Shown here: positions 19,891 through 29,199 of the stretch, piece after piece | Layout: each line of letters begins with the position of its first letter | How positions within the stretch are numbered: position 1 is the first letter of the stretch | Source: Candidatus Latescibacterota bacterium | GTDB lineage: Bacteria > Latescibacterota > UBA2968 > UBA8231 | DNA length: 64,000 nt | Direction of reading: 5' to 3' | Assembly: GCA_965215195.1 (NCBI GenBank) | Contig: CBDCDC010000002.1 | Location: 4,256,001-4,320,000, forward strand | Notes under the pieces: model-generated | Told to the model about the DNA's origin: nothing | The model's database searches: none | The model's input: the letters and a program-made list of their open reading frames with translations, nothing else | Translations under genes and position numbers: made by a program

Positions 19891-20303
19891 TGAGCGAGAA
19901 AAAGACATTCGTACAATGCGCCGACGTAGAGACCCAAGTCTTTGACTGGGGCCGGCTGAACTGGCTTTCCGAGCCGCTGGTGACCGCGGCCGAGCACTTT
20001 AGCTGCGGCGTGGTGGAGCTGGCGCCGGGCAAGGGCCACGTGCGCCACAACCACCCGTATAGCGAGGAGATTCTCTACGTGCTAGAGGGCACCGGGATCC
20101 AGACGGTGGAACTGGAGTCGGGCATGCTAAAAAAGGAGATCGGCCCGGGGGAGCTGGTACACATTCCGACGGCCGTGTATCACTCAACGGTCAATAATGG
20201 AGACAGCCCAATGAAGTTGATCGCCATATACGCGCCGTTTGGGCCGGAGGCCGAGCTGCGGAAGATGGAGGGGGTGCGGATAGAAAAGGCTCTCAACGGA
20301 TAG
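19890..20303 (+). CDS. Cupin domain protein
   Basis: GHVRHNHPYSEEILYVLEG...IPTAVYHSTVN cupin metal-binding motifs. Confidence 0.88.
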   Translation: MSEKKTFVQCADVETQVFDWGRLNWLSEPLVTAAEHFSCGVVELAPGKGHVRHNHPYSEEILYVLEGTGIQTVELESGMLKKEIGPGELVHIPTAVYHSTVNNGDSPMKLIAIYAPFGPEAELRKMEGVRIEKALNG

Positions 20304-20309
20304 GCGGCC

Positions 20310-21137
20310 ATGGCTTTTACAAGAGAACAGGTACTCGCGCGGTTGCGGAAGAACATCGCCGCTGGGATTCCCATTATCGGCGCGGGCGCCGGCACCGGGA
20401 TCAGCGCAAAGTTCGAGGAAGCCGGCGGGGTTGACTTGATTGTGATTTACAATTCCGGGCGTTTTCGCATGGCGGGCCGGGGGTCGCTGGCCGGGACCAT
20501 GCCCTATGGGGACGCCAATGCGATTGTGATGGATATGGCCGGGGAGGTGTTGACGGTGGTGGAGGATACGCCGGTGCTGGCCGGCGTGTGCGGGACGGAC
20601 CCGTTCCGGCAGATGGATGTTTTCTTGCGCGAGGTTGCGGCCATTGGGTTTTCCGGCGTGCAGAATTTTCCGACCGTGGGCCTGATTGACGGGTTGTATC
20701 GGCAGAACTTGGAGGAGACCGGAATGGGCTATGGGGTGGAGGTGGAGATGATCCGCACGGCGCACGAGATGGGGTTGTTGACGACGCCTTATGCGTTTAA
20801 TCCCGCAGAGGGCGAGCTTATGGCCGCGGCCGGTGCCGACATTGTGGTGGCGCATACTGGGCTTACCACCAAGGGCGCGATTGGCGCGACGACCGCCCTG
20901 ACGTTGGAGGAATCGGTGGGGGTTGTGCAGGCGATATGCGACGCAGCGCGGGGGGTGTCCGAAGAGGTGATTGTGCTGTGCCACGGAGGGCCGATTTCAG
21001 AGCCGGAGGACGCCGAGTACGTGTTGCAAAATGCGACGGGCGTCAATGGCTTCTACGGCGCGTCGAGCATGGAGCGGTTGCCGGTGGAGGTGGCCATTAC
21101 CGAGCACGTAAAGAAGTACAAGGCCATCCGCTTTTGA
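20310..21137 (+). CDS. Phosphoenolpyruvate-hydrolase-like TIM-barrel protein
   Basis: [56 protein letters not shown]. Confidence 0.9.
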   Translation: MAFTREQVLARLRKNIAAGIPIIGAGAGTGISAKFEEAGGVDLIVIYNSGRFRMAGRGSLAGTMPYGDANAIVMDMAGEVLTVVEDTPVLAGVCGTDPFRQMDVFLREVAAIGFSGVQNFPTVGLIDGLYRQNLEETGMGYGVEVEMIRTAHEMGLLTTPYAFNPAEGELMAAAGADIVVAHTGLTTKGAIGATTALTLEESVGVVQAICDAARGVSEEVIVLCHGGPISEPEDAEYVLQNATGVNGFYGASSMERLPVEVAITEHVKKYKAIRF

Positions 21138-21703
21138 GCGCGCTGCGCCCCTTGCGCAAGGTTGAGGTGAGGCGGCTCTTTGCGGGCGCGGCGCAGCGCT
21201 ATCCGCCCAAGGCCGAGCTATCCTTTCTGTTGCAGAGCGTGGAAGACCCGCTCAATGTCGGCGCGATCTTTCGCATTGCCGATGCGTGCGGGGCGCGGGA
21301 ATTGGTTTTTACGGGCGCGACGCCCGCGCCGCCGCACGAGGATATTGAGCGCACGGCGCGGGGCCACGAGCGGCGGGTGCCTTGGCGGCGGATCGGGCGC
21401 ATGGACGAAGCGGCCAAGGCCCTGCGGGACGAGGGGTATCACTTGGTGGCGTTGGAAATGGTGCAAGGGGCCGCGTGCTATTTGGAATACGATTTCCCGG
21501 ACAAAGTGTGCTTGGTGCTCGGCAACGAGACCAAAGGCGTCTATCGCCAGACCTTGGCGCTGTGCGATGGCGCGGTCTATATCCCCATGTACGGCAAGGG
21601 GCCGTCGATGAATGTTCACGTGGCCGGTGCGCTGGTGGCGTACCAAGCGTTGCTGGGGAAAGGCAATATCCTTCAGGTTTGCCGGAGTCGCCATGCGGAT
21701 TGA
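21134..21703 (+). CDS. TrmH/SpoU-family RNA methyltransferase
   Basis: [39 protein letters not shown]; TTG start overlaps the upstream stop. Confidence 0.85.
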   Translation: MSALRPLRKVEVRRLFAGAAQRYPPKAELSFLLQSVEDPLNVGAIFRIADACGARELVFTGATPAPPHEDIERTARGHERRVPWRRIGRMDEAAKALRDEGYHLVALEMVQGAACYLEYDFPDKVCLVLGNETKGVYRQTLALCDGAVYIPMYGKGPSMNVHVAGALVAYQALLGKGNILQVCRSRHAD

Positions 21704-21777
21704 CCCCAGTGCCATAGATGCACACCCTCGACGGCCGATTTTTACGCCGCCTTGGATTCACAGGAGCGTACCGCACT

Positions 21778-22695
21778 ATGAATGAACCAGTCGTCTATCT
21801 CAACGATGGCTTCGTCCCCGCTTCCGAGGCCCATCTCAAAATTTACGATTTGGGGATTGTACTGGGGGCCACCCTGACCGAAATGACCCGCACGTTCAGA
21901 CGCGAGCCGTTCCGCTTGGAGGAGCACGTGCGGCGGCTCTTGCGGTCGTGTAAATACGCCGGTATTGAGCTGGCCTTGGACCACGAGGAGTTGGTCGAAT
22001 GTACGCGGACCTTGATCCAGACCAATAGCAAGCTGATCGGTCCCGAGCAGGATTTGGGCGTCGTCCACTTTGTAACGCCCGGGGAAAACCAAATTTACGC
22101 TGGCAGTGCCGGGAAACCGGCGCGCCTGACGCCCACGTTGTGCATCCACTCCTTCCCGCTGCCCTTTGCCGTGTGGCGCTCCTATTTTGAGCAGGGCGTC
22201 CACGCGGTCACGCCCTCCATCCGCCACGTGCCGCCCCAATGCGTTGATCCCAAGACCAAAAACCGCTCGCGCTTGCACTATTGGCTGGCCGACAAGCAAT
22301 CGCAGGCGGTTGATCCCGCTGCTACCTCGCTGCTGCTCGATTTGGACGGCAATCTCACCGAGTGCTCGGGGGCCAACTTTGTGGTGGTGGAGAACGATGC
22401 GATCTTTACGCCCACTAGTCGCAACATACTGGAAGGGGTGAGTTTGGTGACGCTGCGGGAATTGGCACCCGAGTTGGGGCTGAGGTGGGTCGAAAAGGAG
22501 TTGCAGCCCTACGACGCGGTCAATGCCGACGAGGCTTGGTTGACCAGTACGCCCTATTGTCTAGCGCCGTGTACGCGCATCAACAACGCGCCGATTGGCG
22601 ACGGGAGACCCGGCCCCCTGTTCCATCGGGTGATGGAGGCGTGGAGTCGGCGGGTGGGGATGGACATTCTGGCACAGCTTAAAAACGCGGATTGA
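21778..22695 (+). CDS. Class IV aminotransferase (IlvE/D-amino-acid aminotransferase-like)
   Basis: VYLNDGFVP, FRLEEHVRRL, KTKNRSRL, ECSGANF, ILEGVS, ADEAWLTST. Confidence 0.88.
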   Translation: MNEPVVYLNDGFVPASEAHLKIYDLGIVLGATLTEMTRTFRREPFRLEEHVRRLLRSCKYAGIELALDHEELVECTRTLIQTNSKLIGPEQDLGVVHFVTPGENQIYAGSAGKPARLTPTLCIHSFPLPFAVWRSYFEQGVHAVTPSIRHVPPQCVDPKTKNRSRLHYWLADKQSQAVDPAATSLLLDLDGNLTECSGANFVVVENDAIFTPTSRNILEGVSLVTLRELAPELGLRWVEKELQPYDAVNADEAWLTSTPYCLAPCTRINNAPIGDGRPGPLFHRVMEAWSRRVGMDILAQLKNAD

Positions 22696-22697
22696 TC

Positions 22698-23969
22698 ATG
22701 CTCGACAAAACCCAACTCATGTCATCGATCCAAGCGGGTGAAGACGCCAAGCTCGAACTCAAGGAGGTCGTATTTCGGGGAGACCGGATTGGGTTTGCCA
22801 GAGAAGGGGGTCGCGCCGCGTCGAAACTCGCCGAGGTATTCGTCAGCATGGCCAATACGGAAGGAGGCACGGTCGTGATGGGCGTCCGCGACTCGGATCG
22901 CATCCCGGTTGGTATCCCCCCGGACAAGCGCGACCTCTTAGAGCAATTTATCGTCAATGTGGCGGCCCACAACTGCAATCCGCTGATCGTCCCGGCGTTG
23001 GATTGGGAATACTTGCCCGGAGAAGGTGAGCGCCCCACACTGTGCTTAATCGTTGAAATCCCCCCGTCCAAGTTCGACGTACACCAGACGAGCGATGGGC
23101 GATTCCTCCAGCGCGTCAGCAGCCACCGCCAGTTGATCCCGGCCGAACGACTGGCCCGCATGTTGACGGAACGTCGCTTGGCTAGTCCGCTTGAGGAACG
23201 ACCCATGGTCGGCAGCAGTCTCGACGATTTGGACAAAACCCGACTTGAACAGTACTTCCGTCGGCGCTTCCCGGACTGGTCCACGCCAGAAGACTGGGCT
23301 CCTACGCTGGCGGCGCACAAGCTGGCGGCGATCTTGGATGTGGGCGCAATTCCGACGCACTTGGGCATCCTGCTCTTTGCCGAGCAGCCCGAGCAGTACA
23401 TTTCCGGCGCGTACATCGATCTGGCCGTGTACCACCACGACATTCCCGACGGCAACACCGTGGATAGCCGACAAATCACCGGGCCTTTACCCGAGCAAAT
23501 CGCCAAGGTCGTGTCGTATTTCCAAGCCTCTCCTTTGACGCCGATCCTATCGCGGAAAAGCGGCGATGGTCGGCGAGATTATCCCAGCTATATAGACGCC
23601 GCACTCCAAGAGGCCGTCGTAAACGCCGTCATTCATCGGGACTACGGAATCGCCGGATCGCAGATCATCATTCGCATGTTCCCCGACCGCATTGAGTTCC
23701 AAAATCCCGGGACACTCTACAATACGTTGACCATTGAAAACTTGTACGCTGGGTGTCAGCCGGTGCGCCGGAATCAGTTTCTCACTGGCTTCATGCGCTA
23801 CTACGAAAGCCCGGTTACGGGATCTAGTTTTCTGGAAGCGCGGGGTGAGGGGTTTTTGAATTTGGTCCGCGACAGCCTGCGCCTGTCTGGGCGACGACCG
23901 CAACTGGAACAGATCGGGGAGGCGACGAAGTTGACGATCTACGCGGCGCAATACCCGGAATTGGCATAG
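22698..23969 (+). CDS. AlbA_2 (Schlafen-like) plus HATPase_c_4 (RecG-C-like) protein
   Basis: GEDAKLELKE...SMANTEGGTVVMGV; ALQEAVVNAVIHRDY, IEFQNPG, RRNQFL. Alternative TTG start at 22692 overlaps the upstream stop. Confidence 0.85.
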   Translation: MLDKTQLMSSIQAGEDAKLELKEVVFRGDRIGFAREGGRAASKLAEVFVSMANTEGGTVVMGVRDSDRIPVGIPPDKRDLLEQFIVNVAAHNCNPLIVPALDWEYLPGEGERPTLCLIVEIPPSKFDVHQTSDGRFLQRVSSHRQLIPAERLARMLTERRLASPLEERPMVGSSLDDLDKTRLEQYFRRRFPDWSTPEDWAPTLAAHKLAAILDVGAIPTHLGILLFAEQPEQYISGAYIDLAVYHHDIPDGNTVDSRQITGPLPEQIAKVVSYFQASPLTPILSRKSGDGRRDYPSYIDAALQEAVVNAVIHRDYGIAGSQIIIRMFPDRIEFQNPGTLYNTLTIENLYAGCQPVRRNQFLTGFMRYYESPVTGSSFLEARGEGFLNLVRDSLRLSGRRPQLEQIGEATKLTIYAAQYPELA

Positions 23970-24051
23970 GGGTTTGGTGCTTGAAGGATAAAACTGTGCC
24001 CAAAGCTGCGATGTCTTGGGTAAAATTTGCGTTCTATCCCATCTAAATTGT

Positions 24052-24258
24052 ATGAATGGAAGGGAATTCATCAGGCGTGCCAGACGCTATGCTAGAAAGA
24101 CCAGAAAGGGCTTCCGCTTCGATCCGCGTCATGGCAAAGGCAGCCATGGGACGCTCCATGTGGGAAACCGTCGCACTACCGTTCCGTATAAAGAGATTGG
24201 CGCGGGCCTGCTAGCTGCTATGCTAAAAGACTTGAACATTGACCAAAAGGATTTCTAA
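24052..24258 (+). CDS. hicA: HicA-family toxin
   Basis: Small basic protein with GKGSHGTL...TTVP...GLLAAMLKDL; directly upstream of hicB. Confidence 0.8.
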   Translation: MNGREFIRRARRYARKTRKGFRFDPRHGKGSHGTLHVGNRRTTVPYKEIGAGLLAAMLKDLNIDQKDF

Positions 24259-24261
24259 TTC

Positions 24262-24690
24262 ATGCGCTATATCTATCCGTGCATCCTCACGCCAGAGGAA
24301 GAAGGCGGTTTCTTCGCGTCCTTCCCCGACGTTCCTGGTGCCTTGACCTGTGGTGATGACCGCGTCGAGACGCTTGAACTGGCCGAAGACGCTCTCGTCG
24401 CCATGCTCTCTGTGTACGTCCAAGAGCAACAGGACATCCCAACGCCAAGTCCCGCTACCGATGGTCGGGAACTCGTCGCCGTGCCTCCTGTTGCCGCAGC
24501 CAAGTTGGCTCTCTATACGGCCCTGCGCACACAGGGCATCACTTGGGCGGCGCTCGCTGACCGCTTGGATCTGAGCGAGTCTGCTGTCCATAAGTTGCTC
24601 AACCCAGACCACTACTCCCATATCAGTCAGGTCGTGAAAGCCCTCCGGGCTGTCGGGCGCAACTTGGTAATAGAAGACCGAGCGGCCTAG
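24262..24690 (+). CDS. hicB: HicB-family antitoxin with C-terminal HTH
   Basis: YPCILTPEEEGGFFASFPDVPGALTCGD...AEDAL...IPTPS, followed by an HTH (ALADRLDLSESAVHKLL). Confidence 0.88.
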   Translation: MRYIYPCILTPEEEGGFFASFPDVPGALTCGDDRVETLELAEDALVAMLSVYVQEQQDIPTPSPATDGRELVAVPPVAAAKLALYTALRTQGITWAALADRLDLSESAVHKLLNPDHYSHISQVVKALRAVGRNLVIEDRAA

Positions 24691-24736
24691 ACCCAACGGT
24701 CCGCCGGCCCTGTTTTTCGCAGAACGACTAAACCTG

Positions 24737-25579
24737 TCACCCCTTCATTCCCGTCATCACCAGCCCGCGCTCGAAGTAGCGCTGCCCCATAAAAAAGACC
24801 AGCAGAATGGGCACGGTCGCGGCTACGGAAGCGGCCATGAGCAGATGCCACTGTGTGCCGTACATGCCGGCAAAGGCATTCAGTCCCAGCGCCAGTGTGC
24901 GCTTCTCATTGCTGTGCAGGTATATGAGCGGCCCCATAAAGTCGTTCCAGATACTGAGAAAGCTGAGAATGGCCAGCGTCGCCAGCGTTGGCTTGGCCAG
25001 TGGCATGGCAATCGACAGGCAGATGCGCAAATTCGAGCACCCGTCTATGCGTGCGGCGTCGATCAAGTCCAGCGGCAGGGTCTTAAAAAACTGGCGCAAA
25101 AAGAATATCTGGAAGGCGTTGCCCGTACAGGCCGGCACCAAAAAGGGGAGAAATGTATCTACCCAGCCCAGCTTCTGGAAGAGTACAAACGTAGGGATCA
25201 TGGTCACCGCGGCCGGCAGCATCATGGTCGATAGCACGGCGACGAACAGCACGTCGCGGCCAAAAAAATTCAGCCGGGCAAAGGCATAGGCCACAACGGA
25301 AGAAGTAAAAAGACTCGCCCCGGTGCCAAAAACCGCGAGGATCGCGCTGTTGAGGAAATAGCGCCCGAAGGGCAACGTCGGCTGAGTGAAGATCTCCACG
25401 AAGTTGGTCAGGCGCAGCATGGAGGGCAGGAGGCGGGAAAAGACCTCGTCCGGCGTCTTGACCGAGGTAATGAGCATCCAGGCAAAAGGCACCAGAAACC
25501 AAAACGCCAGAAAGGACAGCGCGGCGTAGAGGACGAGTTGGCGTCGCAGCGACAGGGCGTCTTGCGAATCACCGCTCAT
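24737..25579 (-). CDS. Carbohydrate ABC transporter permease (MalG-like)
   Basis: FLNS, AYAFARL, FLRQFF, DAARIDG (EAA loop), WNDFMGPL. Confidence 0.92.
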   Translation of the reverse strand: MSGDSQDALSLRRQLVLYAALSFLAFWFLVPFAWMLITSVKTPDEVFSRLLPSMLRLTNFVEIFTQPTLPFGRYFLNSAILAVFGTGASLFTSSVVAYAFARLNFFGRDVLFVAVLSTMMLPAAVTMIPTFVLFQKLGWVDTFLPFLVPACTGNAFQIFFLRQFFKTLPLDLIDAARIDGCSNLRICLSIAMPLAKPTLATLAILSFLSIWNDFMGPLIYLHSNEKRTLALGLNAFAGMYGTQWHLLMAASVAATVPILLVFFMGQRYFERGLVMTGMKG

Positions 25580-26475
25580 TGGTAGTGAACCCACTTCTTG
25601 CCCATGGCCAACTGGATCAGGGAGACGATCAGGGTGAGGATAAAGAGGACCAAGGCCATGGCGCAGGCATAGCCCATCTCGAAGCGCTCGAAGGCCGTTT
25701 GAAAGAGATACAGGACGTAGAACAGGGTCGCGTGCGCCGGCCCGCCTTGGGTCATGACATAGGCTTGGTTAAAGATCTGTAGTGAGGCAATCACCCCGAC
25801 CATCGTCAAGAAAAAAATCGTCGGGGTCAGCAGCGGCACGGTGACGTATCTAAAGCGCTTCCACGGCCCGGCCCCGTCCAGTTCTGCCGCTTCGATCAAC
25901 TCGCGCGGGATATTCTGTAGGCCAGCCAGAAAGATCATCATCGATCCGCCCAATCCCCATATACTCATAAAGATCATGCCCGGCATGGCCCCTGTCCGCG
26001 ATGAGAGCCACTGGGGCCGGCCCATACCGATCCACTCCAACACCGCCATCAACCCGGTCCAGTCGAGGAACAGGTTGATCAAGCCAAAATTGGGATCGAA
26101 GAGCCATTTCCACAGCAGCAGCATCGCGATGCCCGCCACGACATTGGGCAGAAAAAAAGCCGTGCGAAAAAAATTGACGCCGCGCAGGCGGTGATTGACC
26201 AGCATGGCCAGTCCCAGCGCTAGCACGAGTCCCAGCGGCACGGCAAAAACCGCGTAGTAGATCGTATTAAACACTGATTTGTAAAAAAGCGGGTCGTGCG
26301 CCAGCTTCTGAAAATTGGCCCATCCCACGTACTCCGGCTCGGTAAAGAGGTTCCAGCGCGTAAACGCCAGACCAAAGCTGGCCAGTATCGGCCCGAGGGC
26401 AAAGAGCACCATGCCCAAAATCCACGGCGATATGAAGAGATACCCTTCTAGGTGTTCTCGCAGGTTTAGCTTCAT
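25576..26475 (-). CDS. Carbohydrate ABC transporter permease (MalF-like)
   Basis: YLFISPW, VGWANF, FRTAFFLP, LAGLQNIP..LIEAAELDGA, GYACAMA. Confidence 0.92.
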   Translation of the reverse strand: MKLNLREHLEGYLFISPWILGMVLFALGPILASFGLAFTRWNLFTEPEYVGWANFQKLAHDPLFYKSVFNTIYYAVFAVPLGLVLALGLAMLVNHRLRGVNFFRTAFFLPNVVAGIAMLLLWKWLFDPNFGLINLFLDWTGLMAVLEWIGMGRPQWLSSRTGAMPGMIFMSIWGLGGSMMIFLAGLQNIPRELIEAAELDGAGPWKRFRYVTVPLLTPTIFFLTMVGVIASLQIFNQAYVMTQGGPAHATLFYVLYLFQTAFERFEMGYACAMALVLFILTLIVSLIQLAMGKKWVHYQ

Positions 26476-27830
26476 CCATTTGCCTCGGTCTTGTGCAGGG
26501 CCATGTTGTCGCGAATGGCTTGGTTGATTTTTCTGGCGGCATCTGCTAGGGCCTCGGGCACGCTCTTTTCGCCCAGCAGGACCAGTTCCCACTCTGGGTT
26601 AAACAGCAGATTGTATTCGGCGGGATTGATATAGGGGCTGCGGTGAAATAACTCGGTGCGCTCAGCGGCCTTGAGAAAAGTCTGGGTAATTTCCGCATTT
26701 AGATTGGGATTTTCCACGAAAACAGGGCTGTACGCGGTTGCCCGGCGGCCGGGGATATTCCAGCCGATCTCGGCAATGGCCTCCTGACCTTGGGGGCCGA
26801 CCAGATATTCCATAAAGCGCCACGCCTCTTGCGGGTGTTTGGTGTGGGCGTATATGCCATAACCGACCATGCCGCCGGACAGATAGATATCTACTTTGTG
26901 GCGCGGCGGCGTCGCGACTCCCCACGCAAAGCTCTTGATGGTTTTGCGGAACTGGGGCACGAACCACTGGCCGTAAAAACACATGGCCACGCGCCCGGTC
27001 TCGAACATCACGTTTACCGGACTCTGCGCCTGCTCGGCGTAGCCCGGTGCCACGTGCCAGCGGGTAGAAAGATCGGCGGCAAACTGCAGTGCCTCGATCA
27101 CTTGCGGGCTTTCGAGCAACACGCGCGTCCGATCTTCGGAGAAGATGCGCCCGCCCGACTGCCAGATCCACTGCTCTGGATTGGCGTTGTTGTACACGCC
27201 AAACTGTACGATGCGCCCCTGCTCGTCGCGCTTGGTCAAGCGCCGGGCAATTTCTACGAACTCTGCGCGCGTCCAACTGCCGTCTGGGTAGGGAATACCG
27301 GCCTCGTCAAACAGGTTCTTGTTGTAGAAAATCAAAAAGTCCGGCGACCAGTCTTTGCACAGCCCGTAGATCGGCCCTTGGCCAAAGCGCTTGCCGTCCC
27401 AGCGGTACGGCTCAACCGTTTGCGGAAAAAAGTCCTCAACGCCAACGACCTCGCTCTTTGCCAGATAAGGCTCTAAGTCGAGGAGCACTCCTTTGGACAA
27501 CATGCTGCCCAAATTGCTCGGTGCCACGTAAAAGATGTCGGGCGAGCGTCCCCCGGCCATCATGGTCAGCAGCACGGTATTGAAATTCTGCTGGATGTGG
27601 ATGAACTTGACCTTTATATCTGGGTTGCCAGCTTCAAAATCGGCCATGAGCTGATTGAGCATGGCCACTTCCTGCGTATTGCCCCAGCCAGCGAGGACGA
27701 TCTCGGTGCGCCCGCTCTCCTTTTGTGCGGGCGTGTCGAGCCCCAGTAGCAGGGAACGCGCCGTGGGTACGCTGAGCAGGCCGACAACGCCGAGGATACA
27801 GAGGCTATAGAACAGAGTAGAGCGGTCCAT
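26472..27830 (-). CDS. Sugar ABC transporter substrate-binding protein
   Basis: FEAGNPDIKV, AGGRSPDIF, FYNKNLFDEAG, FETGRVAM, EAWRFMEYL. Confidence 0.9.
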   Translation of the reverse strand: MDRSTLFYSLCILGVVGLLSVPTARSLLLGLDTPAQKESGRTEIVLAGWGNTQEVAMLNQLMADFEAGNPDIKVKFIHIQQNFNTVLLTMMAGGRSPDIFYVAPSNLGSMLSKGVLLDLEPYLAKSEVVGVEDFFPQTVEPYRWDGKRFGQGPIYGLCKDWSPDFLIFYNKNLFDEAGIPYPDGSWTRAEFVEIARRLTKRDEQGRIVQFGVYNNANPEQWIWQSGGRIFSEDRTRVLLESPQVIEALQFAADLSTRWHVAPGYAEQAQSPVNVMFETGRVAMCFYGQWFVPQFRKTIKSFAWGVATPPRHKVDIYLSGGMVGYGIYAHTKHPQEAWRFMEYLVGPQGQEAIAEIGWNIPGRRATAYSPVFVENPNLNAEITQTFLKAAERTELFHRSPYINPAEYNLLFNPEWELVLLGEKSVPEALADAARKINQAIRDNMALHKTEANG

Positions 27831-27836
27831 AGCTCA

Positions 27837-28748
27837 TCATTGCTCCGGCAATAGCGGAAACGACTCGATATCCCCCGCAATGGTCTCCAGCAGGGTGGCG
27901 ATCTCTCGCTTGTCGCCCTCGTCCAGCGCTAGCTTGCCGGCCGGTGCCCGTTCCACCAGCGTGCTGAACACCCCGCGGCGCTTGAGGATATAGCGCATAA
28001 AGGGGTGGTTCTCGAGAAGTATCAACGGCAACAGGCGGCGGTGCATGGCGCGCGCCTCCTCCTCCTGCCCGGCCCACCACAGCTCGGTGATCTTGGCCAG
28101 CACATCGGCCAGCTCGCAGGCGGGCATATTGCCATTGGCGCCGCGGCGCATCTCGTCGGGCAAAAACTTGCCCGCCGCCCCGCCGAAGATGCACTTGACC
28201 CGGTCGCCGACCATCTCGGCCACCTCGGCGATGTGCTTAGGGCCGGGCTGCCGCTCCTCCTTGACGTATTCGACCTGCGGGATCTCGTCGATTAGTTGCG
28301 CCACCTGCTCGCCGCGCAACGGCGCGTACATATCGGCATTCTGCACCATGATCGGCCCGTCAAACACTCCAGCCAACCGCCGGTACATGTCCATGGCCGT
28401 GGCGGCGTCGGTGCGCGCCGGCGTCATGGCGATAATCGAATCTGCCGCGGCTTTTTGCGCCGCCCGCGCATAGAGCAGCACCTGCGGCAGCGAGAGCCCA
28501 GAACAGCCAAAGACCACGGGCAGGCGGCCGTTGACCTCCTCCAGCACCGCGTCCAGCCCCCGGATCCGCTCCTCCTCGCCCAAAAACCAGAACTCCCCAA
28601 CCATCACCGGCCAGACGATGCCGTGCTGGCCGCTCTCGCAGCAGAAATTGGCCACCTTCTTCAGGTCGTCGATGTGGATCTCGAGGTCGTCCCTGTACGG
28701 CGTTGGCAGCAGGCCGAAGACCCCCTTCATGTCGTCAAATCGCGCCAT
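27837..28748 (-). CDS. DapA/NanA-family (DHDPS-like) aldolase/dehydratase
   Basis: KGVFGLLPTPY, GEFWFL.EEER, GRLPVVFG, Schiff-base Lys in YVKEE, GNMPAC. Confidence 0.85.
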   Translation of the reverse strand: MARFDDMKGVFGLLPTPYRDDLEIHIDDLKKVANFCCESGQHGIVWPVMVGEFWFLGEEERIRGLDAVLEEVNGRLPVVFGCSGLSLPQVLLYARAAQKAAADSIIAMTPARTDAATAMDMYRRLAGVFDGPIMVQNADMYAPLRGEQVAQLIDEIPQVEYVKEERQPGPKHIAEVAEMVGDRVKCIFGGAAGKFLPDEMRRGANGNMPACELADVLAKITELWWAGQEEEARAMHRRLLPLILLENHPFMRYILKRRGVFSTLVERAPAGKLALDEGDKREIATLLETIAGDIESFPLLPEQ

Positions 28749-28777
28749 GGTTCATCCTTTCCCGTAATTACTGGTAG

Positions 28778-29071
28778 CTACTCAACGGCCATTATATAGG
28801 GTTCGATTTGCTTTAGGCGCTGCTGATCAATGCCCTTTACGTTGAGCAAGCCCTTTACATTGGAATAGGGGCGGCCCTCGATTATCCTCTGAGCCGTTGC
28901 CGGCCCTATCCCGGGCAGCGTTTCTAGCTGTGTGCGCGAGGCCGTATTGATATCGATGCGCTTTGCCTCGAGTTGAGACAGCGTCGCACAGCTAATCCAT
29001 ATCAGGGCCATGAGTACATAGCCCACAAAATTCCAGCGTTTCACAAGCACCTCCAGTGCGGCAATTTCCAT
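28778..29071 (-). CDS. ComEA-like helix-hairpin-helix protein
   Basis: IDINTAS..QLETLPGIGPATAQRII..RPY....LLNVKGI; hydrophobic N-terminus. Confidence 0.85.
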   Translation of the reverse strand: MEIAALEVLVKRWNFVGYVLMALIWISCATLSQLEAKRIDINTASRTQLETLPGIGPATAQRIIEGRPYSNVKGLLNVKGIDQQRLKQIEPYIMAVE

Positions 29072-29199
29072 AGTTTTTTCGGCTTTTGGACGGTAGGGAA
29101 CGGATCGGTCACATCGACATACCGGCGCAGCGCGGGCCGCTGCGACTTCTGTTCACCGCGCCCCATCCACATAAGTGCAGCGGCCGCAACGCGCCCAGT

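Noticed and set aside
27837-28748. dapA (lysine biosynthesis) call
   Set aside because: It lacks the GTTGE motif (has VMVGE) and lies beside a sugar ABC transporter, so a catabolic family member is more likely.
28778-29071. Evidence of a competence locus from the ComEA-like gene
   Set aside because: It is an isolated HhH protein with no comEC or pilin genes in the window, which is insufficient to infer DNA uptake.
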